Source: Eledone cirrhosa
Taxonomy: Eukaryota
NCBI GenBank assembly: GCA_964016885.1
Contig: OZ024754.1
Location: forward strand, 45,942,001-46,006,000
Direction of reading: 5' to 3'
DNA length: 64,000 nucleotides
In this document: positions 27,748 to 42,871 of the stretch, in pieces
Position numbering within the stretch: position 1 is the first letter of the stretch
How the letters are laid out: each line of letters starts with the position of its first letter
The notes under the pieces: generated by a model
Told to the model about the DNA's origin: nothing
Databases searched by the model: none
The model's input: only the letters and a program-made list of their open reading frames with translations
Translations under genes and position numbers: made by a program

Positions 27748-29169
27748 ATGTATATATATATATATATGTACATATATATATATACGTGTGTTTTGTGTGT
27801 GAGAGAGAGAAAGATGGCGGGGGGGGGAGATAGAGAGAGAGTATGTGTGTGTGTGTTTATAGGAAAACAAGTTTATATGTATTTCTTTTGTAGCTATTGG
27901 AAAAATTGCAGAATCATTACATATTTTAAATGAAAATCTAAAGACCATGATAGGGTGACATTTATATATATGCATACAGCTGCATGTGTATATATAAATG
28001 TATATAAATATGTGCGTGGGGGGGGGTCTTTATATATATATATGCAGAGAGAAAGAAAGAGAGACACACGGACAGAGAAACAGTGAGGTGTAAAGTAGAT
28101 ACGGATGGAGAGATGTAGTTGAACTAAACATGATTGACAGTCATAAATTTACTCCTCTAAAGAAAACGCTTTCATTTCTTCAACCAATATTCCAAATAGA
28201 AATTACAAGAACAAAGACAGTCCTCGTTGAAGTTTTCTTTGTCAGTCTTGCTTGTTTTATTGTATTTTTACAAAGTTCTATTTATTGGCACCTGTATCTC
28301 TAGTATTATATAATACAATATAAGAATTATTCCGGAAACAACACTCTATACATAACTCTAAAATGTCTACGAACGCGACATAGACGAAGACATGCTGATT
28401 TGTGTCCATTTGGTAGGCAAGACAATCCGACTTATACATACTTAATGGAGTTGTTTTAAAATATTTTTTTATTGTTTTTTTCATTTGTTTGTTTCATTGT
28501 TTTATTTTGTTGTTTCTTCTTTTAAAAATTCATGGAAGAAAATATGTTTCAATTGTTTTAGGAAAGTTGTCTTAGAAATCTACATAAATCATTTTACAAA
28601 ACTTCTAACCAACAAATTCTAACCAACATACATAGGTGAAAGAACTCTTGAGAGATACAACATAATATCAAAAGCCTTGCATTTTTCATGGCACAATCAA
28701 AGGAGGGACGTTTCGCAGAATCTCCAAGACTTGTTGGACAAAAAAAGGGATTAGGAATTTGTAGATATGGCCTGAATGTTTGCCACAGTGTACTAACTCT
28801 GCTAAAGGCACACTTGTGCTAGGTTAGGTTAAACTGAGCATGGGTATGTTTTTACCATCCAAAACGTTATTGGTTTCCTGAGTTGCTTTCTATGAAATCT
28901 TATTTTCAAGACTCTCGTTGATTCTATGGAGGACGATACCTTTTCTAACCTGAACGTACATAGTTATGAAGGAACCTCTTGATCACAATAAGGAATCTTG
29001 TGAGGCTAATTAACATTTACATTATAACTAATTTGGTGGTGGTAGTAGTAGTAGTAATGTTTGTAAAATTCTTTACTTGTTAGTTTGTGTGTGTGACAGG
29101 TCACACCTATGCAGGGTTAGCTGGCCTCTTCCAACATATATCTCGTTGGAGGTGTCTTGGGTGATTTAA

Positions 29170-29335
29170 CGATAGGGACCCCAGTCCTATCATTTCATAT
29201 CTACAGCTGAGTAAACTGGAGCAACGTGAAATAAAGTGTCTTGCTCAAGGAAACAACACATCACCCGGTCCGAGAATTAAACTCACAACCTTTCGATTGT
29301 AAACCCAATGCTCTAACCACTATGCCATGCGCCAT
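29170..29335 (-). mobile_element. SINE family B
   Basis: Close reverse complement of 33345-33512. Confidence 0.9.
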
Positions 29336-32300
29336 GTTAGTTTAGAAAGCGTTAAAATAGCGAGATACTTTTGGCATATTCTGTCTGTAGAAGAATTTAA
29401 ACAGAAATAAAAACAAATATATAGAATATAAAAGGAAACCGTTGAAGTTTATGAAAAAACAATGACTGGTCGGACATATTGTGTATCTGTGCCTGTGTAT
29501 GTGTGTGTGTGTCTGTTTGTGTCTCTCTGTGTCTGTATGTATCTCTCTGTGTGAGTATGTGTCTGTGTCTGTGTCTGTGTCTCTGTCTAAGTCTGTATAT
29601 GTATCTGTGTATGTATGTCTGTTTGTGTCTCTGTGTGTGTTTGCGTATCTATATGTGTGTCTGTGTCTATGAGTGTGTCTGTGTGTGTGTCTGTATGTGT
29701 GTCTACGTCTGAGTGAGTATGTATATGTGTCTGTGTTTGTGTTTGTGTTTGGCTATGTGTATATGTATGTGTGTCTATGTGTTTATATGAGTGTATATGT
29801 ATGTGTGCCTATGTGTTTATATGTGTGTATATGTATGTGTGTATATGTGTTTTTATGAGTGTATATGTATGTGTCTATGTGTTTATATGTATGTATATGT
29901 ATCTGTGTCTATGTGTATCCGTGTGTTGGTTTATGTGTGTATGTGCGTGTATGTATGTATCTGCCTGTATCCCTATGTTCATGTGTGTGTGAGGCTGTAT
30001 ATGTTTTTATATTTGTGTGTGTTGTATGTCTATGCGTTGATGTGCGTGTGGAAATGTCTGTTTGTGTGTGAGTGTGTTGATAGGTGTGTGTGCATGGGTG
30101 TGTGGTTGTGTTGTGTGTGTTTATGTGTATGTTTATATGCGTGAGACTGTGTGAGTACGTGAGGAAAGTTTCAATAGTTGTCTGAAAACTCCTCTGATGA
30201 GGCCAGATGGAGGTGGGTGGTTTGGTTTGAATTTCTTCTTGGTTTAAGAAAAAAATTAAAAAACAAATAAAACTGAAACCAGATCTTGAACTGTCAAGAC
30301 GATAATATAGAAGACGAAGAAAAAATGTGGAGAGGTCAGTGGAAAGGTCAAATGTTGGTTTTTACTGTTCTGTCCTATGTCAAGAATCTCTCAACATATT
30401 GTCAACAGCTTCGTCCAGCTCCGTATAGGTTCTGTAAATCCATAGGTTTTTTGTTTTGTTATTTTGTAATTCCACGTTGTTGCTGTTCATGTTGTTGTTG
30501 CTGCTGCTATTATTGCTGTCGTTGTCGTTTTTGTCGTTGTTGTTGTTGCTGCTGCTGTCGTTCTTATTATTGTTGTTGTTTCTGTTGTTGCTGTCGTTGT
30601 TGTTGTTGTTTCTGTTGTTGCTGTCGTTGTTGTTGTTGATGCTGTTGTTGTTGTTATTACTGTCGTTGCTATTGTTGTTCTTGGTATTACTGTTTCAGTT
30701 GTTTTTATCGTTGTTGCTGCTGCTGCTGTTGTTGTTGCTGTTGTTGTTGCTGCTGACGTTGTCGTTGTTGTTGTTTAGCCCAGGGAAACCTACAATGTAA
30801 GACATTACAACCTTGATCATGCCTTAGATTTGAGTTGAACGGAAATGATTTCCATTCGTCTCGGTTGCCTTCCTATGCTTGAGATAGAATTTGTCCCTCC
30901 AGCTACGAGATTGATTGAATAAGCACCAGACAAAGTACTGAATGTAGCGCTGCAACATGGACTTAGTCTAATGACAGAAACCAGTAAAATGGCTAATAAG
31001 GATAAGTAATTAAACCAATTAATTAAAAAATCTACTAAAATTGATTAAACTTTTATCCCACCTGACCTAAAATTCGAGTAAATACAGAATTGAAAAACAA
31101 AGTCTAAATAAATATTTTTATTTGAAAAATTTATTTTATTTAGCACGGCTTAAATTATATTTAATGTTCTCTTATAAGAGACATTAGAGAAAAGTGCGAT
31201 GTCTAACAAGGGTTTAATACTTTTATATCTTAATCGGTATCTCGTAATGAAACGTTTAGCGCGTGGCTAATTCAATAGTTAAGTTGACTTTGATGAGATC
31301 GAAGAGAAAGTTGGACAAGAACAAATTTGCATATATAAAGTTGTTTATTTTTCGTTTGTTTTCTAAACAGATGCAGATTTTTGAAGTATAAAAAACGTTG
31401 AAGCAGAATAAATAATGACATGATAAACGATTCTAATAGCTGTCCACTCAGCAGACATGTCTTTAGTCCTATTCTTACCATCATTTTAGTGATATATACT
31501 GTACATGGGCTTCAATATAAGTTTTTGGAAATAACATACTTTGCCTTTCATCCTTACCGGGTTGATAAAATGAAGTACCAGTAATGCACTGCGGTCGATT
31601 TAATCGATTTTCTCCAACCTTACCCTTGTACCTAAAGAAACAATTATTACATAGTTCTAGCTACCCTGGGGCAAACCTATGATTCAGCTCAATTGTGTTT
31701 GACATGGAACTAAGCAATATCTACATCATCATCATCATCATCATCATCATCATTATCATCACTATTAGCTATGGACAGTGAGTGCATTACACAATGTAGT
31801 TCGGTACCACACATATGCATGAATAAAGGTGGATAGCCATCGCTGGAACGCCTTTGCTAATTCTATATTATCGGCTTGTGCTGACTTGTGGTGGCTAAAC
31901 AATAACAATGATAGCAAAAGCATCATCATCGTCGTCATCATTCGTAAATATCATCATTCCCACCACCACCATCGTCATCATCATGATTATCATCACCATC
32001 ATCATCATGATTATCCTCACCACCACCATCATCATCATCATCATCATCATTATCATCATCATCAACAACAGCAGCAGCCATAATTTCCACTTTCATCAAT
32101 ATTAATCATCCTCTATTCATCATTAATTCATAAATTTTGTTTCTCCTGGCGGTGGTGGTGGTGAGGGTGGTGATGGTGATGGTGATGGTGTGGATGGTGG
32201 GGATGGTGATGGTGGTGATAGTGGTGATGGCGGTGGTGGCGATGGTGGGAGTGGGGGTGGGGGTGATGATGGTGTTGGTGGGGATGGTGGAGGTGGTGAT

Positions 32301-32518
32301 GGTGGTGGTGGTACTGGTGGTGGTGGTGATGGCTGCTGTTGTTGTTGTTGTTATTATTTGAAAATATTTTGATCGTAATCTTCCTATTTAATACATTAGT
32401 GTAGAATATTTCAACCAACGACTGTCAACATATTTTACTAACATTACCTTATTCTAAAACACAATTATGTAATGCATGTCCACATTTTCAATATGTTCGT
32501 TTGTCGTCGTCGTCGTCG

Positions 32519-32560
<42 letters not shown>

Positions 32561-33158
32561 TCATTCTCTGTCTCTTCTCTCTCTCCCTTGTCTCTTCTCT
32601 CTCTTCTCTCTCTTCTCTTCTCTCTTTTCTCTCTTCTCTCTCTTCTCTCTCTTCTCTTCTCTCTCTTCTCTCTCTTCTCTCTTTTCTCCTCTATGCTTTA
32701 GTATTACGATATTTTGTTTGTGTGTTTCTTTATTTATGTTTTCTTATATGTATTCATCATTACATTTATTTTTTAAACTTTCTCAGTGTATTTCCTTTTC
32801 ATTTCATATTTCAGTTTATTTCATATTTCATTTTAAATATAAAGACCAAAACTACGTATATTTATAGAGATGCTTCTTTCGGTTTATGTCTTGTCGTTGT
32901 TTATCGTATTTTGTTGTGTGTTGTTTTGTTGTGTGTGTGGTTTTTTACAAAGAGAGGCAGCTATTTTATATGAAGAAGGGAGAGTTGGACAAGAAGGTTA
33001 TAATGTTTAAAAGGCAACAACAGCAAGGGAGAGAAAGAAAGAGAGAAGAGTGCAACAGAGATAGGGGAGACAAATGAGGGAGAAAGTGATTTGAGACTGT
33101 TTCTACAAGAATATGTATGTCTTGTGGAATGTAGGGAGAAATAATAACAAATAAACAA

Positions 33159-33224
<66 letters not shown>

Positions 33225-33266
33225 GGAGATAACTATACAACGCAACAAATGGATTGAAGGAATATA

Positions 33267-33344
<78 letters not shown>

Positions 33345-33345
<1 letters not shown>

Positions 33346-33680
33346 AGGCACATGGCTTAGTGGTTAGAGCATTGGCCTTGCAATCGAAAGGTTGTGAGTT
33401 CAATTCTCAGACCGGGTGATGTGTTGTTTCCTTGAGCAAGACACTTTATTTCACATTGCTCCAGTTTACTCAGCTGTAGAAATGAGATGATAGGGACTGG
33501 GGTCCCTATCATTTCACTGCAAAGTGGTCGTGAAGTTGCCACGGCAAAAAAGCACCCAGCACTCACTGTAAATGAGGTTGGTGTTAGGAAGGGCATCCAG
33601 CTGTAGAAATCAAGCCAGCATCAGTTCCCGTCGCACCCCTGCAAGCAGGGAAAAAGCGGACGTAAAAAATGAAAAAAAAA
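33345..33680 (+). mobile_element. full-length tRNA-derived SINE family B (CORE/V-like central motif ccttgagcaagacact)
   Basis: A box tggcttagtgg, B box gagttcaattc, central conserved motif, A-rich tail, flanked by (TA)n. Further fragments at ~26555(-), ~35760(-), ~41058(-) and ~58870(+). Confidence 0.9.
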
Positions 33681-33706
33681 TGAATATATATATATATATA
33701 TATATA

Positions 33707-33754
33707 GAAGAGCTTCTGCAGGACTAGAACTGTTTCATTCGGGAGAAATCATCA
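33707..33754 (-). ncRNA. 48-bp hammerhead fragment between (TA)n tracts, same family as 6241-6317
   Basis: Minus strand: (a)TGATGA tttc-tccc-gaat GAAA cag-ttctagtc-ctg CA gaagctc. Confidence 0.55.
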
Positions 33755-33859
33755 TATATATATATTGTATACATATATATACATATATTATACACATTAT
33801 ATATACATATATTATGTATATATTATATATATATACATATATTATATATGTATTATATA

Positions 33860-33906
<47 letters not shown>

Positions 33907-34788
33907 GGATATTTAGTAAAATCGAATCTCTGGCGGTTTGCAAGCAAATTCGGCCTACTTATATGAAATGATGAGTTAGCAAAGCACTCGATAAGGTAGT
34001 CCTTAGAGTAATAACATACGTTCAAGTAGCTTGACAAATCGAACATTGTGGTAGGCAAAATGTAACACACAATAATATACCAAAGTAACGATAGAACTAA
34101 CAGGTTGAGAAAAATACACCTGGACAAATCAAACGATTATACGTTTAAAATGTTTCTTTGAATCCGAAATCAAATATCAGACTTACGTGACTGGCAAGCT
34201 CGTGGTATTCATGACGAGGTGATATGCGAAATGTTGCAGCGTATCATATCTATAGCTGTCACGTGTTAATTCCAGCAAGATATATATATAAGATATGTAT
34301 TTATATTATATATATATACGGATGTTGTATATATATATTATAGTGAGAAAGAGAAAGGGGAGAGAGTGAAGTAAGAGAGAGACAGAAACGCATGCGCACA
34401 AGGTTGGCACAAACATAATTGCTGTTTTTAAACCAGCAAATGTACAGCTATATATTTCAGCTCAAAATAAAATGTATTAATCTAAATAATAACCATGTGA
34501 ATCTAGATATTTTAGAAGCAAGGAATATCTCTAGTTATTGCAGTAACCTGGTGAGATGCTTATTATGTTGCCATGGAGAAGCAGTGGTTCCTTGCCATGT
34601 GAAATACTGAACATAAACGTTAAAATTCTTCTCTGGTTTGATGGTTTCACCAGAATTCAAGAAGTTGTAGTAGATTAACTCACCCTCGTGGATACTTCAC
34701 AGTTTAATTAGAAACAATAACCAAGTATTAACGATCAATAAGAAATGGTCTATTTACTAATTTAAATACATAGAAACAAATAATACAT

Positions 34789-34867
<79 letters not shown>

Positions 34868-35051
34868 CCTCCCTCTCTCTCTCTCTCTCTCTTGCCCTTT
34901 TCCTTTCTTCCTCTCTGTCTCCTTCTCCTCACACACACATAGGAGCAATCACCTTCTCCATAAAGACTTGTTACAGCGTGGTATTATAAAAGTTATTCGC
35001 ACTGGTATTATCACTATGGCTTTCTTTTTCACACTCTCTCATGCACAGACT

Positions 35052-35086
<35 letters not shown>

Positions 35087-36460
35087 CAACCCCTTTCTAA
35101 AGTGACCGACGTTTTACACGAAATATACAACAGCTTTAATAGAATCTATGTTTCCACTTGTCGACCACCAAAGATTTTTAATGATTTTTTTTATTTTATT
35201 TTGTGGACTTCGGTTTGTGAAAATCTTAGTTCAACCACTAGGCTAAACGCTTTTCGTTGTTATATGAAATCCAATTTTTGTCACGTTGTCTTGCGATAAA
35301 AAATGGTTTTGTTACACAAAGAAATTCATAGCAGATTACATGACGATTTCTTTATATTTTCATACACGTCGTTTAGCTCTCTTTTGTCGAGTTTATTTTA
35401 GTTACCAGTGTAGTATAAATATCGAACAACCGTGAAAGGGTTAACCTTTATTTTGTATGCAATCTCTCATGTTGTTTTGCATGTGTTTCCTTCATAATCC
35501 GTCACACTTGCTCCTTGTTAGTCGCAGATCATCCACGAGCTTCCTCATTTTCATGTATGGATATGTATACATGTCTGTGCATGGGATTATATGATGGGGT
35601 AATGTAGAGGACAACTCCAATATTGCTGTATTGGAGAAGTAATAGAGGCTAGTAACACTTCGTTAAATAGCTCTGTACTCTATGGACTCGGTCATCCATA
35701 GTTCGGTAAATCAACACCTCGAAACCATTGAAAGACCACTGGAACTTCTGTTACATGTATTGACTTAAGTCCGGTTCGGGAATCGGACTCACAATTTCAC
35801 GATTGTAAGCCTGACGTTCTAACCACTAAGCCCCGTGCCTTATAAGAAACATTAAATATGATCTGATATTCATTCTTTTTCATAAAGAGTTAAGTACTGT
35901 TTAAAGAGAATCGAGATAGTTTTCAGCAAGATCCGAAATAGAAACTCAAACTTTAAACAAGAGAACTTTAATTATCTTCACTTTATGATACTCGTCTTCA
36001 CTACTTGAGATTAAAGTATAGATATATATCCCATTATACAAGTCACAAATATTAATTTCTACATTAAAAATGGAGTAAAAGACAATAAAAATTGTGTAAA
36101 CCATAAGTGGAATAACAACAAAGAATAGAATTTGTTGAGAAAAGAATTAAACAGACACTTGAAAAACATGGCGAGGAAAAAATGTGTGTTTTTTTCAAAT
36201 GAGAAATCTCATAAAAATATCATTTATATTTATATTTTGATTTTGAATTTCTTATGAATTTTAATTCTGCAATTACAAATCAAAATATTAGAATTTCTAT
36301 TTCGGTGTTTATCATGATTTGTTTTGTTTGTGTTAATATTTCTGTTGGAATTATATATTTGTTTTCTTTGTTGTTACTGTTGTTGTTGTTTTTCTGAATA
36401 AGAATAAAAACAAATATCATATATATCAAACTTGAATGTATATACATATATGTATATATA

Positions 36461-36537
<77 letters not shown>

Positions 36538-36746
36538 ATATATGCAAACAAGTACTCAATACATACTAAAATGTAGAGTTGTTTAAATATTTTTATTTCA
36601 TTTGAATAATTGTTTCTAGGAGTGAACCATCCGTTTCAGATTTCCCTCATTCTGTAATCAGGAAATAATTCTTAAAGAATATCGTTTTAATGTCTTTGAT
36701 ATAAGATATTCACAGACACAGAGAAAAACAACGAGAGTGTATTCCT

Positions 36747-36940
36747 GAGTTTTATATCTGATAATAATATAATTCGATTCGTTTGCAAGCAAACAGTGTC
36801 ATTGTGCCATGTTTTTTAGATTGCCATCGCCATATTTTGTCCTAGCGGTGACTAGAACAAAAAGATGACCGTGGTCATAGCGTAATGAGGACATTTGCTT
36901 GCAAACAAATCGAATATTATTATTATTCGATATAAACCTC
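36747..36940. mobile_element. degenerate fold-back element
   Basis: 36747-36811 and 36876-36940 are imperfect inverted repeats (ttcgattcgtttgcaagcaaa / tttgcttgcaaacaaatcgaa). Inner hairpin at ~36835-36862. Confidence 0.65.
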
Positions 36941-37847
36941 CCGAATACATTTACGTATCCGCTATGTTGGAGCGAAAAACCAAATTCTAGTTTTGATTGT
37001 AAATAACGAAAGCATTTTATAAAACAAAAACGAAGAAAATCACAAAAAATCATAAAACGCACTTCTAACAGAAATGATTAAGGTTTAGAGTCACTTGGAG
37101 TATTCGAAGGAAATTATAAAACGAGTGAATCGGTGAAACAGATGTCAAGTGACCTGAAAATGTAGCTTAACCCTTTAGTATTTACATTGCTCTATATTTA
37201 CTATTGTATTTTCACGGTAAACACTTTATCTCACATAATTATCTCATACAATATCGGCTCTACGAAACTTTTATATTATTTATTTTGAGAACAATACCTT
37301 AACATAAGTATGAACACCCGGTTACAGCTGGTTTGAACAGAAAGAAGTGAAAGAATTCTTACATACTAAAGGGTTACAATTGCTTAAATTCATTAGTAAG
37401 AATCATATGTTATTTAAAAGGTTCCCCATAAGTTTAAAAAGTGAGAACTATGTACGAACAGAGACAGTATTTCTAAAATTTTCAATAAAACTTAATCGAT
37501 GTTATTTCATATACAGTGTTAATATTCTCAGAAGATTTTTATACGCAGTGTTTGCAGCATTCAAAACAAATATCTTGCTCGCAAGTGTTTGCTAAAACAC
37601 CCAAGCTATAATTAATGAGTCTTGTGAATTATATTTTAAATATCATAAATTAAAAATACAATGTCCAAATCGAATTAGTTCTAGACTAGTTAACATCGCG
37701 AATTAAACTATCTAGAGAATTGAGCATAGACGTAAGCGGTGAAAGTAGGAAGTGTGACGGTTGAAAGAATACAGAAACACAAACATACACACGCACGCAT
37801 ACACACACACGCGCGCGCGCGCACGCACGCGCACACACGCACGCACG

Positions 37848-37925
<78 letters not shown>

Positions 37926-38269
37926 AACATCCACACACGTATCTGTCTCTGAATGTGTGTCTGTAGGTGTTCACATATTTATGTATATACACACGAGAGA
38001 AGCATACTTTTACTTTAAAACTAAGGTGTTTGTAATTTCTTGGCATCTTGCTTTGCTTTTTGCTTGTTTCTAAATTAACGATTTCAAATATTTAGTGTCT
38101 CATTCGTCGCACAAGTATTTGTCACAGTAAAATCTGATATTTGGCTACTTTGTCTACCCATATTTTTGTCCTTTGTTTAGCCCCAACCTCACCCACTGGG
38201 GGGCTATGTACAGACGGCAGGCCTTACTTTGTAGTAACCGCCCTATCACGAGTTTCTGTGACAATGAAA

Positions 38270-38480
38270 TACTTTTTCTTCTTGTGCCACCACTGTATCA
38301 GTGTCTGACGAACGATGACATTCCATGTTGTTCGATCTCGAGTGAGATCCCTTACTTCTGCGGCTTTGATGTTGAAATTGTCCAACAAGGACTTCCTTCG
38401 ACGACCTCTGACATGCTTCCCAGGAATTTTTCCGCTAATGGAAAGGTCTTCCAGCATGCCGTAATTTCGTCTTTTGGGGG
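38270..38480 (-). mobile_element. 3' fragment of RTE-clade LINE
   Basis: GKIPGKHVRGRRRKSLLD...DLTRDRTTW matches the RTE C-terminal G..RGR.R...DR..W pattern. Confidence 0.75.
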
Positions 38481-39870
38481 ATGTACTATAGGCGGGGTGT
38501 CTACAAACTGGTGGCGTCGTTAGAACGTCGGATAGACTGCTTTGTGTATTTGTTCGGACTTTGAGTATTTGTTTCGGCTCTCTACAATGTTCTTAACCAC
38601 TCAGTCTTTACCGATTCTGCTAATCCACCGCCCTTCTAGTAGTATAAAACACAATACTATAATAATTTAGTATTATAGCAGTATTATAATATAGTACTAT
38701 ATCTTTCCCCAAACATTGAGACCGTCTATTCTTAAATAGATTTCTTTATAAAGAAAGAACGAATCATATTTGTATTTATTTTCCTCTTCGACGTACATTC
38801 AGACATGTTTAATTGCACTCATTCTTCTCTATAATGCTGAGTGATGGAGTTAATAATTTCAAATAAGCATTATTCGCCATATGTAATATATACTTGCGTA
38901 CAACTTCCCTTTGTCTTTATGTTAAAAAAATTGTTTATGACATTACAAAATTCACAACATTATATATATTTCAACTATTAAAAAACTCTGTCACAGTTAT
39001 GCAACCTATGTTGATTTCAACAAAATGTATTCTTCTTTTATTATCTAATGTAATATAATTATGATTTTTCACAACAAAAATGCGTTTTTACTTTCGAAAT
39101 AATGCATTTAAGGTTAGTCTCAATAGTTGTAGGACGCATCATCACTTTTCTTTAAATAAATAAATGTATGTGTGTGTGTGTGCGTGTGCGTGTGCGCGCG
39201 CGTGTGTGTGTAGATAGATATGTGTGTGTTTGTAATGCGTGCTCCTTCATCTCCCTTTCCATTCACATTTTTTCACGCACACACACACGCATACACACAC
39301 ATACTCACACACACACACACACACACATCTTGCTTTTTTTATAACCACCGTTCTATACTATCTCCTTATATATTTCTCTGCCATCACACCCTCCTCACCA
39401 TACATAAACATTTTCCTCTCCACCTCCACTTTTCCAAACTTTTGCCACTTCTCTGAATGTTATCAGTTTTATAGATTCAATGTATTACACTTTCATTTTA
39501 CCTATTTACTTCCACCCCTTGTGCGCATGTACAGTTCAATCAACAGGAAGACCAGACGGAAAACAATTCTTTTTAAGATACAACGTATCATACGATGGTG
39601 TTGTTTATCGTTAGTTTCTCCTCCTAATAAACTGCTGGTCGGGTTTAACCTCGGTTTGTATATCAAGGGATTCATTGTACAACGCGTTCTTCATGTTACG
39701 TTACGATTATAGAGTGCATGAGCTGAGGGAGAGTTTGGGTGTCCCTGGTTCAATACTATAGCTCAGCAACTTGGTTTAGTGTGTTCTACAATAGTCAGGG
39801 TGTGTACCATATCTTTAGAACTGAATTTGGTAGACGGAAACTGTGTGAAAACCCGCTGAGCATATATAAG

Positions 39871-40005
<135 letters not shown>

Positions 40006-40155
40006 AATTAAGATGCCGAGTTAAAAATTCTCATCTTGGTTGGTTTATATCCCCTATAATTGGACAGATTTATTTATGTTTATTTATTTCCTTACTGTTT
40101 TATATATAAATATATATATGTGTGTGTGTGTGGGGGTGTGGGTGTGTGTGTGGGT

Positions 40156-40269
<114 letters not shown>

Positions 40270-41277
40270 GTGTGGCTGTGTGTAGTATGTATGTATATAT
40301 ATTTGTTTGTGTATGTGTGTTATATACCATTTCTTTCAAATATACAACACAACAAATACAACAGACAGTTAAGCTATTAAATATACACAAATCACACAAG
40401 GTTTGTTTTATGTACACTCAATACTATGAAATAATTAGACTCCATTTGATTCTTATAACGTAATAAAGCTGAGAACATTAGAAGACAAAACAGAAAATGT
40501 TTTATATATAACATCAACTACCATTAATGATATAATGTAAAAATACTAATATTAAAAGTCATGTTAACAATAATAAACCACAAGGATTTAAATCTGTGTA
40601 CGCGCTACTAATGAACAATGGGTTTTATAAATTCCATTCCACATCTGGAAGTTTCTTAACTCTAATTAAATTGTTAAATTAAACTGTTTAATTGGCCATG
40701 CAAATACAACACTTCTCACTGAATCACTGACTAATTACAGCCAAGTAAAATTAAAATGATTTGTATTACGCCATGCAACACAAAACTAGGGAGGAAATCA
40801 TTAGTTGAAAACACATCCATAATGTACAGAATTCAAGACAAAAACATGAGATATATGATGGAACAATAGAAATAATAAAGTAGAATACTAAAATACACCA
40901 ACACATCCAACACACATGTGCACAAATACCAAGCCAATGTATTACTTAACCATTTACTTTTGGTGAAGTAGAGATGTCTAATTCATACAGCTGTAGCAAA
41001 ATATGTTAATTAAATAACATACTATAGCAAACTTAGAAAGGTTAACAAAAAACTGTAGGTGAAATAAAGTGTCTTGCTCAAGAACATAAGAAGCCGCTAG
41101 GAATCGAGCTCACTACATTACGAACATGAGACACATACCCTAACCACAAAGCCACGTGCCTATTTGATGACAGCATAAAAAAAAATAGTTAAAAAGTTAA
41201 AGAGTAAATAGCAAGTTGTACAAAACATGAATACTTCAGCTATTGCTGTGTTTGGAGGTTGGTATTGTTGGTTGATA

Positions 41278-41720
41278 GGCGACGAATTGTCAGAGTCGTT
41301 AGAACGTCAGATAGAATGGCAGTCGTTAGAACGTCGGATAGAATGGCAGTCGTTAGAACGTCGGATAGAATGGCAGTCGTGAGAACGTCGGATAGTATGG
41401 CAGTCGCTAGAACGTCGGATAGTATGGAAGTCGCTAGAACGTCAGATAGAATGGCAGTCGTTAGAACGTCGGATAGAATGGCAGTCGTGAGAACGTCGGA
41501 TAGAATGCTTTAAAGTATTCGTTCCGGCTCTCTACTCTCTGAGTTCATATGCCGCCGAGGTCAACTTTACCTTTCATCTTTTCGAGGTCGATAATAAAAA
41601 GTACCAGTCTAGTACTGGGATCGATTCTTCCTCTATATCTCTTTCTCAATTCCTTTCTCTCACACTCTATTCTCCTTTGGAGGAAATACTGTATTCTGGC
41701 CTGGAGAGGAGATAGGCTCT
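41278..41720 (+). mobile_element. SINE family A variant with 8 x 27-bp tandem amplification in its head
   Basis: agtcgttagaacgtcggatagaatggc x8 at 41294-41509, then a normal SINE body matching the 11255 copy. Confidence 0.9.
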
Positions 41721-42227
41721 GCCAAGTTTTAAAATGTGTGTGTGGGTGTGTATGTGTGTAAATGTGTGTAGTTGTGATTGTTTGTCAGGATACGGGGGTG
41801 CAGTCTTCGAAAAAGTGTCAAAATGTTTAATGTATATTTTTCGCGAATTTCATCAGTAACGTCTGTATATATAAATCTATCTAAACATTTAAGAAGGACT
41901 TCAAACTCAACACAGAATTCTTCTCTATGTATTGCATGACTATATATTTAATTCGTTGTTAAGTATTCATACATGAAATAAAATACATTATAAATATCAA
42001 TAATTATATACGCATACACACACATATATATATGTATGTAAATATGCATATATATATATATATATATATGTATATGTAAGTATGTATGTATATATATGTG
42101 TGTGTAAATATGTATATAAATATGTATTTATTCCAAATAAAATATATATATATAATTGAACATATATATACACCTATATTTACAAGTCACACATGTATAT
42201 GTGTGAGATGTGAGAGCGCGCGTATAC

Positions 42228-42302
<75 letters not shown>

Positions 42303-42458
42303 TATATAAATATATGAGAGTAAAAGTATCTGTGCGTATATATGTAGGTATGCACGTATGCATATATATATATATGTGTATGTGCCGGTATCTAAACTCA
42401 TTGACATATATACACATAAACGTGATTATATATTTAAGTATATATAGATGTATATACA

Positions 42459-42529
<71 letters not shown>

Positions 42530-42626
42530 TGTGTGTGTGTATAAGTGTGTGTATCTGTTGTATACACAAATCGAAAATATATCCATGTATAGACATTCTA
42601 AATTATACATATATATGTGTATATAA

Positions 42627-42695
<69 letters not shown>

Positions 42696-42871
42696 GTAAC
42701 ATATATATTTAATATAAACATATACTCATACACACACATACGCAAATAATACATATATGCACACATAGAGGTATATATTTGAAAAGAAAAATTTCTTGAT
42801 GATTGTATTTGCCTGAATAATTGGTGGCTGGATCTATTGCTGATCGTATGCCATACTTCATCTCTCTGCAG

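Noticed and set aside
30160-30215. CTGATGA hammerhead candidate
   Set aside because: No downstream stem II-GAAA in a valid topology.
33345-33420. tRNA gene
   Set aside because: It has A/B boxes but continues into a dispersed SINE body, with no complete cloverleaf or terminator.
34205-34250. atgacga..GAAA tgttgcagcg TA hammerhead-like string
   Set aside because: C3 is missing and stems I and II do not pair, so it is too degenerate to call.
41259-41513. ORF with MAVVRTSDR repeats
   Set aside because: By-product of a 27-bp tandem repeat within a SINE head.
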